A DNA stretch of 64,000 nt from Cetorhinus maximus (taxonomy: Eukaryota), in assembly GCF_964194155.1 (NCBI RefSeq), contig NC_135881.1, forward strand, positions 29,450,001-29,514,000. Direction: 5' to 3'. Shown in pieces: positions 26,151 through 39,256 of the stretch (positions are counted from its first letter, which is position 1; the number at the start of each line of letters is the position of its first letter). The notes under the pieces were generated by a model. That model did not search any database and had not been told where the DNA came from. It saw only the letters and a list, made by a program, of their open reading frames with translations. The position numbers and the translations under genes are program-made.

Positions 26151-26306
26151 TTATACCAGAGAGGTTTCTGTCTGCAGGAAGGACTGAGCTCGGGTATTTC
26201 TGCGAGAACCATTCCCTGAAATCGACGTTCTGTGCATATTGTAATCGGACTTTAAGTGACAACTGGAAACCAAGCTCCGCCATTTCTTTTTCAGTTCGGC
26301 TTGAAC
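26151..26306 (-). CDS. VIPR2: VIP receptor 2 (VPAC2), terminal coding exon (helix 8 and C-terminal tail)
   Basis: Acceptor ...aatatag|GTT. Translates VQAELKKKWRSLVSSCHLKSDYNMHRTSISGNGSRRNTRAQSFLQTETSLV*, matching the VIPR2 ending RAQSFLQTETSVI. Phase 0, 52 codons including TAA. Confidence 0.93.
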   Translation of the reverse strand, partial: VQAELKKKWRSLVSSCHLKSDYNMHRTSISGNGSRRNTRAQSFLQTETSLV

Positions 26307-26734
26307 CTATATTTTAAAAATGAAGAATTTCAATGGCTATAATATATTTAATTTATTGTAGTTTAGTCCTAAAAATAAGCACAGCCACATAAATACATCA
26401 TGTATATGTTAATACATTTGCACTTTTCATTAATATATATATTAAAATATATCAGCATATATTAACTTACACATATATTAATATGTATTAACATATGCAT
26501 TAATATAGGGAATAGTGATCATTGTATCATAAGCCACTCACCATCCGGAGTTGGAAATATATCGCCGTTCCTTCACTGTCGCTGGGTCAAAATCCTGAAA
26601 CTCCCTTACTAACAGCACTGTGAGTGTGCCTACACCACAGGGACTGCAGCGGTTCAAGAGGGCAGCTCACCACCACCTTCACAAGGGTAATTAGGGATGG
26701 GCAATAAATGCTGGCCGAGCCTGCGATGCCCACA

Positions 26735-27390
26735 TCGGACTTCATGGGGTCCGGAGTCGATGTTGAGGACTCCCAGGGCAACTCCCTCCTGACTGTATAC
26801 CACTGTGACACCACCTCTGCTGGGTTTGCCCTGACAGTCGGACAGGACATACCCAGGGATGGTGATGGTGATGTCTGGGACATTATCTGTAAGGTATGAT
26901 TCTGTGAGGAGGACAATGTCAGGCTGTTGCTTGACTAGTCTGTGAGGCAGCTCTCCCAATTTTGGCACTAGCCCCCAGATGTTAGTAAGGAGGACCTTTC
27001 ATGGTCGACAGGGCTGAGTTTGCTGTTGTCGTTGCCTAGGTCGATGCCCGGAGGTCCGTCCAGTTTCATTCCTTTTTTAAGGCCTTGTAGCAGTTTGATA
27101 CAACTGAGTGGCTTGCTAGGCCATTTCTGAGGGCATTTAAAAGTCAACCTGGAGCCACATGTAGGCCAGACCAGGTAAGGACGGCAGATTTCCTTCCCTG
27201 AAGAACATTAGTGAACCAGATGGTTTTTTACAACAATCAACAATGGTTTCGTGGTCATCATTAGAATTTTAATTCCAGATTTTTACTGACTGCAAGTTCC
27301 ATCATCTGCTGTGGCAGGACTCGAACCTGGGTCCCCAGGGCATTACCCTGGGTCTCTGGATTACTAGTCCAGCAACAGTACCACCACTCC
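26735..27390 (-). mobile_element. 5' end of CR1/Crack-like LINE: tRNA-derived head, 5' UTR and start of APE endonuclease
   Basis: B-box GGTTCGAGTCC (27317-27). LLTNIWGLVPKLGEL..QQPDIVLLTESYL..IPGY..RGGVTVVY. Abuts an inverted 3' tail of the family at 26535-26735 (+). Confidence 0.8.
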
Positions 27391-29789
27391 TTGAATTGAC
27401 ATTTCTCTGATGGGGTGCTGTGCAAGCAATAATTATTGGCACACCAATACTTCCTCCAGCTTTACCGACTACTCATTCGTTTAGTGAATGGTAATTCCAG
27501 GAAAACTCAGCTGTGTAACAAAGACTTCTACCGAGTAACTCTGTCAACAGCAGCCGTGTTCATAAAGGTATAAAGTGGACCTCTTGGATGTGTGAAAATG
27601 CCCTATTTATTAACTATTAACAGAGCTGAAAAATTGTAATTCCCCTGATGCCAACTTGTAGCTGCGGGCAGTTCCGGAGCAGAAACAGCAGCCACTCATT
27701 CATCTGACATCTCATCCTTCAGGGGGACCTTCAGCTGGATAGGGATGAGCAAAGTCTGGAAAATGGTATTGTCACATTCTCCTGTTTGGAGTCTAGGACT
27801 ACAAGACAATTTACATTCTACAAAAACAGCCTTGCTCCAAAGTCTCGTGTTAGCTCGCAGACTAGTACCATTGTGGATAATGCCCACTGAGGAATCTTTT
27901 TTTAAAAACTGCAAATACAACAAGGGCCCAGATTCAAATTCTCTAAAGTGGTTAAACTTGGCTTTTGAGCAGCCACAATGTTGTCAGCTTTCATTCTGAT
28001 CTCAGGCTGGATACTACTGAAACCTTTGTCCATCTTTCCTGGTTCAACTTCTCCGATGCTATCCTCGCCGGTCACCTACAGCTCGGCTGCTCTCACACTG
28101 TCCCGTCCAAAGTCTAGGTCAACCTAACGCCCTTGACCTCACTGACTTCCAGTAGCTCTTCCCATTCCCGCCTGCAGTGATTTTAAAAGCTTCGTCCTTT
28201 TCTATGAATTCTTTGGAATCCTCTCCAGCCCCATGTTCTAGCACGCACCCTCTTGTTCCTTTGTGTATTCTCTCCTCGCTCTACTCCCAGCATTCTAAAA
28301 CTCCCTTCCTAAAAACCCTTTCATCTTGCTGTATTTAGCAGTGAGGAAGTGGTTATGACACTGGACGAGTCACTGCAGAGTTTGTAATCACCGATCCCGG
28401 TTGGGGGGGTGGGGGAGTGATTATGAAAGCTGCTGAGGTGTTGTTAAAACTCAGCTGGATTGGTGTCTTTCAGGGAAGAGACCCTTCCAACAGCATCTAC
28501 GCTCACTCACTTTACAAAACCGCTTCATGAAATTCAGGGCCACGGGGAGTCGGAGCCTATCCCGACAGGCAATGGGCACTAGACAGAGTACACCCAGGAC
28601 GGGACACCAGTCCACCACGTGGAGTATCTATACTTGAACAGGGAAATGTGCAGGGCAGCAGGGCAGTTTCAAAGAATTGGAGCAGGCACAATGGGCTGAA
28701 TGGTCTCCTTCTGTGCTGTATGAAATGATATCTCCCATCACTGTCAAAAACCTCCTCAAAACCTACCTCCACAACTATTCGGTGTCCTAAACAACTCGCT
28801 TCGCAAACTCCTGCTCATTGTCCGTCCAATTATTTGCAAAGTGTCTTGAGAATTTTACTATGTTACAGGTGCTACACAAGCTGCAAGCTGCTGTTATTTT
28901 ATTGGGATCTTTGCCACTGCCTGCTCAGGCATTATTTCCCTTAAGGCTAGCTGACATTCTGTTGGTGTGCAGGATTACAGCCAGGTTCCAGATTCTGGCT
29001 GCCTGTTGTTGTCATCCATTAGAAAATTACATTCCTTTAACATTCAAGTCTTGTAACCAAGTTATCGGGCAAAGGTCACTGAAGCAGGCAAAATGAATAA
29101 GTTCAAGAAAGAATTGGATAGAGTTCTGGAGGGAGAAGAGACTGACAGCTTACAGCGAGATGGAATCTAGGTGCACTTCACCTACAAACATAATAACCTT
29201 TACGTGTTCTTAAAACTATTTCTGTTCTTAAACAAATGTGCATCTTTACTAGGCTTAGGAACCTAGACAAACCCAGTGCTAGCTTGCATATAGATCATAC
29301 TTTGTTATAGCAAACAAAAACCAGCTGAAATTAGGGGTGCCATCCCCTTGCAAGTTATTATTAAGATTTTCCTCAGGGGTGAGTCATGCTTTGGAATGAT
29401 GTTTTATATCAGTGGTAACCTTTGGGAAAGATTGACATTCGTGGAGAAATCACACAGCCTGTAATTCTCATCTTTTAAAATGAATGCACAGAGGCTCACA
29501 GACCATGTCCCCAGGTGCTTCTAACATATTAGAAGTTCTGGAAGGCAGAATTCCCTAATTGATTAACGTGATAGGTGGAAATTTCCCTTCCAAAGACCAA
29601 GCGCGTTGGCAGGTGGGAAAGTCAGCGTGATTCCCACGAGGCCGTGGGGCAGGTTCTCACGCCTGATCTTCCACTTTTCAGCTCATTTTTTATGCATCAG
29701 CGAGGACATTGTCGAATCTCATGGTGGGGCGGGCAGTGATTCGTCTGCCCCGCCGATACCTCATGGGGTCGAAGGTCCTGGCACCATAT

Positions 29790-31405
29790 TGTTATGACAT
29801 GGCAGATGATGTGAGCCAGACAGATCAAATCCACAAGGGAAACTTGACTATGTGGCCACAAAAACTGTTTTGACATTTGTATTTTATTTCGAGATGCGTG
29901 CCTTGAATTCAGTGGTAATAAGTCCACCACGACTTCAGAGGTTCTTTAGAAAACTAAATTAAACATTTATTAACAAAAGAAAGGATTTCAAGCACATACA
30001 TAAGTCAACAAATTACTACTATAATAACTCCTAAAACCCCGAATTAATCTGGCTTCCAGTTACACGCAGGTTAAGGCAACAGTAAAAAACAAATAGATTT
30101 AAACAGACCCAGGCAAAGCACACAATACCCTGGACAGTGGAATTCAAAGTGAGTATTCTCAACTTCGGTTCCTGTAGACAGCAACTTAATGCATAGAGGC
30201 TGGAGGATTTTTACACTTGTGTTAGATCTTAGAATGTCTTCTTCCCTTACACATAGCCTCATCTCATTTATATATATTTCTTCTTTTTTAATGCAAATCC
30301 CATTGTTCCCATGGGCAGGATTTTCCGTTCGTCGGGCGGGTGTGGCGGGAGGGCGTGGGAGCGGCCGGGATAAGGTCTGCCCACCCGTGATTGGCCCTTG
30401 ATCGCGAATTCGCGCTGGCTGGCTGTTAATTAACGGCCATCCAGCGTGAAATGCGCACTGAAACGCTCAGTGCTGCCAGGGTGGGGGCAGGAAGAGGGCG
30501 AGAGTGGAAGTCTGTGCTTGGGCGGGGCAGCATGTGCTGAAAGCACCCTGAGGGCACAGAGCTGCCTCAGGGAGCTGAAAAATCGGAGAAATGAAAGTAA
30601 AGATTTAAAGATGATATAAACATGTCCCCACATCTGGACTCAGTCGGATGAAGAGGGACATGTTTAAAATGATGGTGAAAAGTATTTAATAGATTTTTAT
30701 TCACTGTTGGGAACCTCATTCTGCCCGTGGATGAGGTTTTGTTAAAAATGCAAAGGCTGCCTGGCCTATTCGCCTGCCCGCCAACTGAACAGTTGAACGG
30801 GCAGCGAAAAATATAAATTAATTAGTTGCTTAAGGGCCTTAATAGGCCTCTTAATTGTTGGCAAGCTCACTGCCGACTCCCGTACACACCCACCGACTGA
30901 AAGATCACCAGAGTACGCGATGACATTGGGATGCTCACCCGACGTCATCATGCGTGATTTTATGCCCAATCAGGTCGGGCGCGTGCCCGCCTGATGAATG
31001 TAAAATCCTGCCCCATGTTTTTGCAACTTTACTTTTGTCATAATATAAATCCTTTATAGTACTAATTTTATCAGTAACCTTCGGGAAAAATAAACACACT
31101 GTTTAGCTTAGTGTCTCCGGGCTGGTGTAACATCTTACCATCTCTTTGAAATTCAAACTACTCTGGTTTATCTAAAAATGCTAATTTTCCTTACACCTCA
31201 CATTCTAAAACTTCAGCCATGTTTACGTATTTAGCGTTTCAAACCTAGCTTCCTTTTCGATAACTCATAGACCCAAGACCAGCTGTCCCCAATTCAATTA
31301 AATCCCATACACATACTCATAGAGAAACTAATCCAAACCCCACTTTTAACTTACTCTTACAATAAATCACAATAATATTATGAAAATTAATATATTTTCA
31401 TGACA
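29790..31405 (-). mobile_element. Solo LTR (about 0.9 kb after removing the MITE), Gypsy-like
   Basis: TGTTATGA...TCATGACA termini; TSD ATAT/ATAT; AATAAA on the - strand at about 29966-71. Confidence 0.82.
30313..31013 (-). mobile_element. Harbinger-derived MITE inside a solo LTR
   Basis: Perfect 12-bp TIR GGGCAGGATTTT/AAAATCCTGCCC; TSD CAT/CAT. Confidence 0.92.
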
Positions 31406-34400
31406 ATATTTAAATGGCACCCACACACAATCACTCACTGTAGGAGAGATGTGCTGATGAGTCAAAGATGAAGCACCAAGATGAAGTAAACCCTCAGCTC
31501 CACGATTTAGCGAGGCCTCCTTGGAGATAATCCTCCAGGCCATCCAGGAAAGGTGGCAAGACCTCCTTCTAAGGGATGGGAGCAGGAGGGCCACCCACCT
31601 GGCCTTGGCGGCCTGAGAGAAGGTCACCAGGAAGGTCAGCAAACAAAAAAGGAACGCCCTGCAGTGCAGGAAGAGAACGAATGATCTGATCCTCTCCACC
31701 AGTGAATGTTCCCCTCACTCCAAACCCACACTCTCATAAGGGCATCAGGTAGTCCACAGGGATGTCACACACTATCAGCAGATGGGCCAGCAGAACTGAT
31801 CGTCTGCCAGTCACTTTAACATCACCATCTCATGTAAGATCCTGCACAAATGGCATCTTCATCTCTTACAGGGTAGGACTCAGCACACACAGCAGGGATG
31901 CATGCTTCGGAACTGTTCTTTCATCCGTGGTGCTCACAGTCAATCCATCTGTCTTTATGCAGGACATGATTCCCCACAACAAGAGGGAGAAATCGATGAC
32001 CAGAGGGGAGATGCTGGAGTTGAGGACACTCTCTTCTTACGAGGAACAGGCTGCAGAGCTGGCTGGAGAGGATGGGGATCGTTCCTGCATGGAAGGCGAG
32101 ATCAGCCACCCCCCCGACCCCAACAAGGCAGTGAGGGCCCACACATTGGCTACACTTGGATAATGTGCGTGAACTATAGTGCAGGTGGCTGACTAGTCAA
32201 TCACTAATTATCTCTTTTCTCTATTCCAGCCACTAGAAAGAAAAGGCAGAGGGAGATTTCCAGCAAGCGCCTCAGCCCAACCCCTGGACCACCTCAGATG
32301 ATGAGGTGGTCTGATTATCAGATGAAGGCCTGTCACTGTGTTCACCTGCACCCTCCACCAGCGCAGATACACACCTTGGTGGGTCCTAGTTCTATAGTAG
32401 GCTCGAGTTCACAATCTGATCACCTCACAGATGCATGTCCACAGCAGATAGAGACAGTGACAGCCGAGGTCTCTGATACTTGGGGGACTACTGGAGACCA
32501 GGTTCCTGCTGAGTCCGAGTCCTGTGGTGAGCCTCTGGAATTGGCTTTGAGAGAAATGTTGGAGATGCGGAGACAGGCAGGGGAACATTAGGTAGAGTTG
32601 TCAGAGGCCGTCAGCAGACTGTTCTGTCTGGTGACATGGCTCCGGCATGCAAGCACATTGAAGTCTCCATTGGAAGGGAGACAGTTTCTGCCAGATTTGC
32701 TTCAGACCTGCACATCATCACTCTAGCCATGTGTGCGTTGAGTAGTGGATAGGCAAGAAGGGGACGAGGCACCTCGACCTCCCTCCATGTGCCCCTTTCC
32801 TCAAGGAGACAGGGAGGGGTCCTTGGGCACCCAGAGAGCATAGGAGCATCAGCCAGACACCCCAGGGGCATCACCCAGGAAACTCTGAAGGTGTCCAGTT
32901 GCTCCAAGTCCCCCCTATCTGTGACTCCATCAATGACAGCTGGTCAGGCGGAGGAGGGTGCATCTGAGCAGGTGACCCTTAGCAGGCTGGGGACCTCCAG
33001 ACCTCAGGCCTCCAGAGGATGCCAGCCAAAGTCACCTCAGACAACAGGGCGTCGCAGTCAGCTGGCTGCCTCCATCTCTGCCGCAGATGTCAGGGCTACA
33101 GCAAGACGTAGGCATAGGTGTTCAATCACCACATAAACTTTGCACCTTTGTAAATGTATTTTGCTGCTCTCCCTCAAAGTCTCAGGTACTTAATGGCTCT
33201 TCCATGTGATGCAATGTTCTGTATTCATTCAAGGGTAACAAATGCCCTCCCACCCCTCCTCAAGTATCTCCCATCGTGTCCCACATTCCCCTTCCTCTGA
33301 CCCCCACCCCCGTTACCCTGGAGCCAATCATTATAGATGTTGATATTCCTGTCCTGCTCCCTAACCATTTGATGTTGATGTCCTCGTACCTTTTGTTGAC
33401 CTGACCCCTACCCTTCTCAAGGCCACACGCACTCTGACTTTCAGGGACCCCCTCCCACACACACACAATGAGACCATCCAATACCCCCTCCACCTCCCAT
33501 GACTTACCAACTCCCAATTTACAGGGTGCAGATTCCTCCCTTGACCTTGACTGTGCCACCTGCCTCCAACCCTCAGGACCAAAATCTGAAACTGACTGAC
33601 CATGTCCTGCACACCATGCTGTGTATGGCCGTCACTGCCCAGAGAGGCTTTCCCCCTCCCAGTACCGGGATCAAGCCACGTGTGCCATGCAGAGCCCTCT
33701 AGCATGGGCCGTATAGTCCTAGGACTGTCTTCGGAATCTGTCCCTGACAGTGTGGCCTCAGACCCAGGACAGTCTCACGCTACCAGCCTCTGTTCCTTTA
33801 ACAATGCACCCCGCCTAGTCATGTGTTTGCCTTCCCCCCTTCCCTCCTGTGTTCCACTCACCACGCCCCCCATCCCCCACCGCAAGTCATGCCTCTGCCT
33901 CCCCCACCCCCTTCTCTCTGGCCTTGCCTGGTGGCCAGCAGCCTTGGCGCCGAGTCCGAGGAGCAGCGAGATATGGCAGCACCGCGGTTAAGGGTAGGTG
34001 AAAGCAGAGTCAATGTACCTCGAAGTCGCTGGTGAAGTGAAGGTCGCCAGGTGTACGCCACTTATACATGGTCATGTAACAGACCGTCCTGTTTGGCAGG
34101 GCATTTAAATTTGGAGGGAGGATGTCAATTCCGGCGAGTTGCATTTTTAATAAGCGTTCATGAGATGCAAATCTGGTCCCCACATCAATCAGTGGGAAAG
34201 TCTTTAACCCGCCGTGAAAGTCGGGAGCACAAAATTCCAAACTCATTTCCGGCTGGCGGGAAACTCGTTTTTGCCCGCGCTCCAGATTTAGTGCCCCTGC
34301 CCACCGCGTGCCTGGCCGCTGGTGGGAGTGGGAAGTTCCAAGCAATGTCACAAATGTGATACTGGTGTGCATTTATGGATTTGAAACTGGACTGACATAT

Positions 34401-34748
34401 TAAGATTCAAATGACTGTACATAGGTTAAAGATGTTCTTTTTAGTTAGAATTTGTACAACGGGGCTATTAACTACCATTCTTACTGGTTCACCTGTACTG
34501 AGAACAGGTATAGTTGATAAATGCTTGTCTATGATATTCCAGGCATGACTCTAACATAAATTATGACCTGAGATTGATATCTTTACAATGTACATATCAG
34601 GCTTAAGCAGATGCCAGAGCTTCTGACGTCTCAGAAAACATGCGACTATTGATTCAGTGCCTTTTGGTCTGCGGGCAATAGTTGCCCTGAATTAATTACA
34701 AACAAAATCATGAATTAGCAACTTTGGAAATCAGCAAAGTTAACTCAC

Positions 34749-34790
34749 CTCACTATTTAAAAAACAGTACAGGACTGCAACAATAAACCC
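34749..34790 (-). CDS. VIPR2: VIPR2 42-nt exon (TM7)
   Basis: tctcttgcag|[14 protein letters not shown]|gtgagt. This is the 42-nt TM7 exon typical of class-B GPCR genes. Confidence 0.95.
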
Positions 34791-34885
34791 CTGCAAGAGA
34801 AACAATTCAAAAAATATATCAGTGAACCATAAATTCTGTTGACACAAGAAATTAAATCCCAGGAGGGGTAAGAAATTGTTTTTAC

Positions 34886-35015
34886 CTGAAAAGATCCAAA
34901 ACATAATTCAAACGCCATCTTATATTCTTGGGAAATGTTATCCGGAAAAAAGGCAAACACAATGTAATGTACTCCAAGCAACGGGATTAGGAGCAGCGTG
35001 GATTTAGCAAGTCTC
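34886..35015 (-). CDS. VIPR2: VIPR2 130-nt exon (TM6-ECL3-start of TM7)
   Basis: accag|[44 protein letters not shown]|gtaaa. The phase-2 start fits the upstream exon; a 95-bp intron follows. Confidence 0.95.
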
Positions 35016-36916
35016 CTGGTTAATTGGGAAGAACAGAAACAATCACCATGACTTATAAAACCACCAGCTCCTTACAGAGCAAACAGGATCTGTGCAGAAC
35101 CTGGAGGACCAAAGGCAACCAGCAGGTTTACAATCGAACATTACAGCAGGGATAGCAACTTGTAGGTGGCATAATGCATGTGGCAGGCACAGTTAGACAG
35201 CCGGTCCATTTTAACCAGCGGGCCTTGTTTCAATGGAGTGGGTGGGCTGCCCGTCTCAATGCCATCTCTCCATGCCGATTCAATATTGGGCAGCTTGCTG
35301 GCTGCTCAGCTAACATATGGTAGGTCACTGGGGGGGGGCGAAGGGAGGGAGGGGATGGTTCAATAGGGGTTCAGGGATGGAGAAGGGTGAGAACCCCATG
35401 CGACAGAGGCTCAAAATATTCTGTGGGGTCTGGAGGAGAACCCTTGCTCCCCCTATTCCCACAATAAAGTTATTTTACTTCGCTTTGAGGGCCGCTGCTC
35501 CTGACCTGACAGCTTCTACCTTCCACCCAGTCGGCCATGACAATCGTATTAGAGTCCTATGTATGTAGTAGGACCATGATTAAGGTAAATTCAGGAGTCA
35601 GGCAGGTGCCATGGGAGGTGAAAAGAGGGCAAGTGGGTCACTTTAATTTTAACTTCTGTATGATTTCCGCTGGAATGAAGGGATTTGTCATCCCTTCCCC
35701 ACCCCACTTGAGTGACGGTCTTCAGTTGGCCAAGAACCCAACTGCATGCAAGGTGGAGTAACAGGGAAAGAACATGCCATCTGAATGTTATGCCAATGTT
35801 TGGTGCTCAGAAAGTACATTGGTCCCCAGTTCAACTGCAGCATTTCCAGGGAGAGATCGCAGTGATTCATAGATTCATAGAACATAAATCCTCCCGGCAC
35901 CTGATTCTGGGATACCATCCTACATTTACAGTCAGACCAGTTAATACATATGTGAACACCTGGAATGCTTTCATTGTGAACCAGTATCAATACGTTTTTC
36001 ATGGTGAATCCATAAATTTCCTTAATCAAATGAACCAGCACCGAACATACAATTGTTTCCTTAACCGAAAGTTAACTCAGGCTGAGTTGATACGCTTGGG
36101 TGCCATTACATGATGAATGTGTCAACTGGCATCCCATTAAGGAGGCTTTTTGTTTAAAGTTTTTAAGAGTTAACAATCAAGCCTGAAATCCGTGCCTATC
36201 ATTTGCGTATCTCGTTGCCTCACAGAAGTCCTAATTTTGCGGCTTGGACAGTCCTTAATGCACTGCTCTTCTGTTTAAAGTCCCATTGCAGTGCTGGAGC
36301 AGTGGGCGAGTGACGCTCAGGTGACTGAGTGTACATCCACCCAGATAGTGTTACATTAGCACACTCTGCTCTGAATCCCCAGTGTGCTACACAGAGGCAC
36401 TGACTGGCATGGGAACTTGTGGAAAGAAAGAAAGCAGACCACTCAACTTGACATAGATTCAGATGAGGAAGCGTTTCTCAGTTTAAAAAAAAGGGAGCTT
36501 GGTGGGGTTGGGGTACGGAATGAAATGGAAAAAAAGCTGCTGCAGTGAGAGTGAGGGATGGGTTAAAAAATCAACAGCGCAAATAAAAGCACCAAGTTAC
36601 TTCAACAACCCTGTTGTGCTCTACAGTTTGATGGATGAGGCACTGCAAGATAAGTCCATTGCCAGATTGCTAGAATATTTTCATTTTCTTTACACATTAT
36701 GACATTGAAAGCTGATTTTGACTAATAATTATTGATAAAAAGAATTGATGTCTCATTAATTGGTGGATTTTTGATATTTAAGATTATTGCATTTTCCAAA
36801 GGTTTATAACTTAATCAAGCCTGATCGTACAAATTGTGTGTGTGTTTGTGTGTTTGTGTGTGTGTCCAATATTTTCTATTAGGCACACAGTATGAGATAA
36901 CAAACAAATTGTTTAC

Positions 36917-37008
36917 TTGTATTGTGAGTGATCGTTGCCTCCAATATCTGGCGACCTTAGCTTCTGTATCAGTATTCGTACAATACTAATAAACAGGAGA
37001 AAGTTTAG
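36917..37008 (-). CDS. VIPR2: VIPR2 92-nt exon (end of TM5-ICL3)
   Basis: tttcatttacag|LNFLLFISIVRILIQKLRSPDIGGNDHSQY-aa|gtaaac. Matches VIPR2 SPDVGGNDQSQYK. Confidence 0.95.
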
Positions 37009-37815
37009 CTGTAAATGAAATGAAAATGTGCACATTAGCTGCATGCAGTCTTGAGAAAATAAAGATACCTTATCTGTTATTTCTGAAGGTATTTTTAAAA
37101 CATGTTATTTAACAGTTCAGTAATATTCAGACTATGCAACAAGAAGCTCTGGTACTTTTCTACTTTTAGGCATTGCACTTGATGAGTTCACTTGTGCTTA
37201 AAAATTGCAGTTGGGGTCCAACAGCAACATAAGACCCCTTTTGGCATATTTAAACAGCCTCCTGACTGAACTAGGTGGAAGTACAGTCTGTCCAATTACA
37301 GGCCCACCTATAATTGCAGCTGGTGGGCGTTGGATGGCAAGGGGTGACTGATGGTTCTACCCCTTCCTCTTCCTCCACTGCACACTGTTCCACACCACCC
37401 ACTCGCATCCCACTTCACCATTTTCTCTACTGACTGACTAATTTTCAACTGTGAAGCAAGTGGGCAGTAGTTGAATATCATCTCCAACGTTACAATGTTA
37501 TAGTGAGATTAATTTATGTGCACTCTGTTCATGGAAGAGCCATTAAATAATGATGATTACACCAGAGTGTTAAAGTGTTGTACTACAACATTGTTGTGTT
37601 AGCAGGTCACGAGGCCCATATGTACACACTCCTGGTCCAGCTGATCAATGTTTCTGTTATTTGCAACATCAACAATAACAACCTGCCTTTATATATTGCC
37701 TCTAATATCATAAAAGTATCAAGACACTTCACAAAATTAATTGAACACTGAGCAACATAAGAAGATATTGGGTCAGGTAACCAAAGGCTTGGCCAAAGGT
37801 GCTAAGGAGCAACTT

Positions 37816-39256
37816 AGAACCATAGAACCATAGAACACTGCAGCACAGAAAACAGGCCATTCGGCCCTTCTAGTCTGTGCCGAAATATTATTCCGCTAAT
37901 CCCATTGACCTGCACCCAGCCCATAACCCTCCAGACCTCTCCCATCCATGTATCTATCCAATTTATTCTTAAAACTTAAGAGTGAGCCCGCATTTACCAC
38001 GTCAGATGGCAGCTCGTTCCACACTCCCATCACTCTCTGAGTGAAGAAGTTCCCCCTAATATTCCCCCTAAACCTTTCCCCTTTCACCCTAAAGCCATGT
38101 CCTCTCGTGTTTATCTCTCCTAATCTAAGTGGAAAGAACCTACTCGCATTTACTCTGTCTATACCCCTCATAATTTTGTAAACTTCTTTCAAATCTCCCC
38201 TCATCCTTCTACGCTCCAAGGAATAAAGTCCTAACCTGTTTAATCTTTCCCTGTAACTCAACTCCTTATGACCCGGCAACATCCTAATAAATCTTCTCTG
38301 CACCCTTTCAATCTTACTGATATCCTTCCTGCAGTTAGGCGACCAGAACTGCACACAATACTCCAAAGTTGGCCTCACCAATGTCTTATACAACCTCACC
38401 ATAACATCCCAACTCCTATACTCAATACTTTGATTTATGAAGGCCAGTATGCCAAAAGCTTTCTTTACAACCCTTTCTACCTGTGATGCCACTTTCAGGG
38501 AATTATGTATCTGAACTCCCAGATCCCTTTGTTCCTCCGCACTCCTCAGTGCCCTGCCATTTACTTTATATGTCCTACCTTGGTTTGTCCTTCCAAAATG
38601 CAACACCTCACATTTTTCTGCATTAAATTCCATCTGCCATTTTCTGGCCCATTTTTCCAGTTGGTCCAGATCCCTCTGCAAGCTTTGAAAGCCTTCCTCG
38701 CTGTCCACAACACCTCCAATCTTAGTGTCATCAGCAAACTTGCTGATTCAATTTACCACATTTTCATCCAAATCATTGATATAGACAACAAACAACAATG
38801 GTCCCAGCACAGATCCCTGAGGCACATCACTAGTCATAGGCCTCCAGTCTGAGATGCAATCATCCACTACCGCTCTCTGTCTTCTCCCACACAGCCAATT
38901 TCGAATCCAGTTTACAACCTCTCCATGGATACCAAGTGTCTGAACCTTCTGAACTAACCTCCCATGTGGGACCTTGTCAAAGGCCTTACTAAAGTCCATG
39001 TAGACAACATCCACAGCCTTTCCTTCATCTACTTTCTTGTTAACTTCCTCGAAAATCTCTACAAGGTTCGTTAAACACGACTCACCACGCACAAAGCCAT
39101 GCTGACTATCCTTAATCAGCCCTTGGCTGTCCAGATAATTGTATATCCGATCTCTCAGAACACGTTCCAATAATTTACCTACTACTGACGTCAGGCTCAC
39201 TGGCCTGTAATTACCTGGTTTACTTTTGGAGCCTTTTTTAAACAACGGAACAATGT
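37816..39256 (-). mobile_element. Young 5'-truncated CR1 LINE (RT and C-terminus)
   Basis: ORF2 motifs [38 protein letters not shown] with one in-frame stop at 38748. (TTCTATGG)n tail; TSD ACTT; inserted in L2. Confidence 0.95.

Larger units (their letters stand above)
29574..34343 (+). mobile_element. Old PIF/Harbinger element H3 (Myb-like gene remnant; interrupted by a solo LTR)
   Basis: Degenerate TIRs. ORF2 exon 1 about 31470-31705 (APRFSEASLEIILQAIQER...NALQCRKRTNDL). Exon 2 from 31963 (HNKREKSMTRG). Exon 3 from 32230. No transposase core recognised. Confidence 0.7.

Noticed and set aside
25696-26283. 196-codon - strand frame with a single internal TGA (selenoprotein or read-through look-alike)
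   Set aside because: It is an alternative frame over the VIPR2 last exon and 3' UTR, with no recognisable domain and no SECIS seen; the true frame is explained by VIPR2.
27300-27390. tRNA gene
   Set aside because: A/B boxes only, no complete cloverleaf or terminator; continues into the SINE/LINE body. The same applies to 663-730 and 62630-62716.
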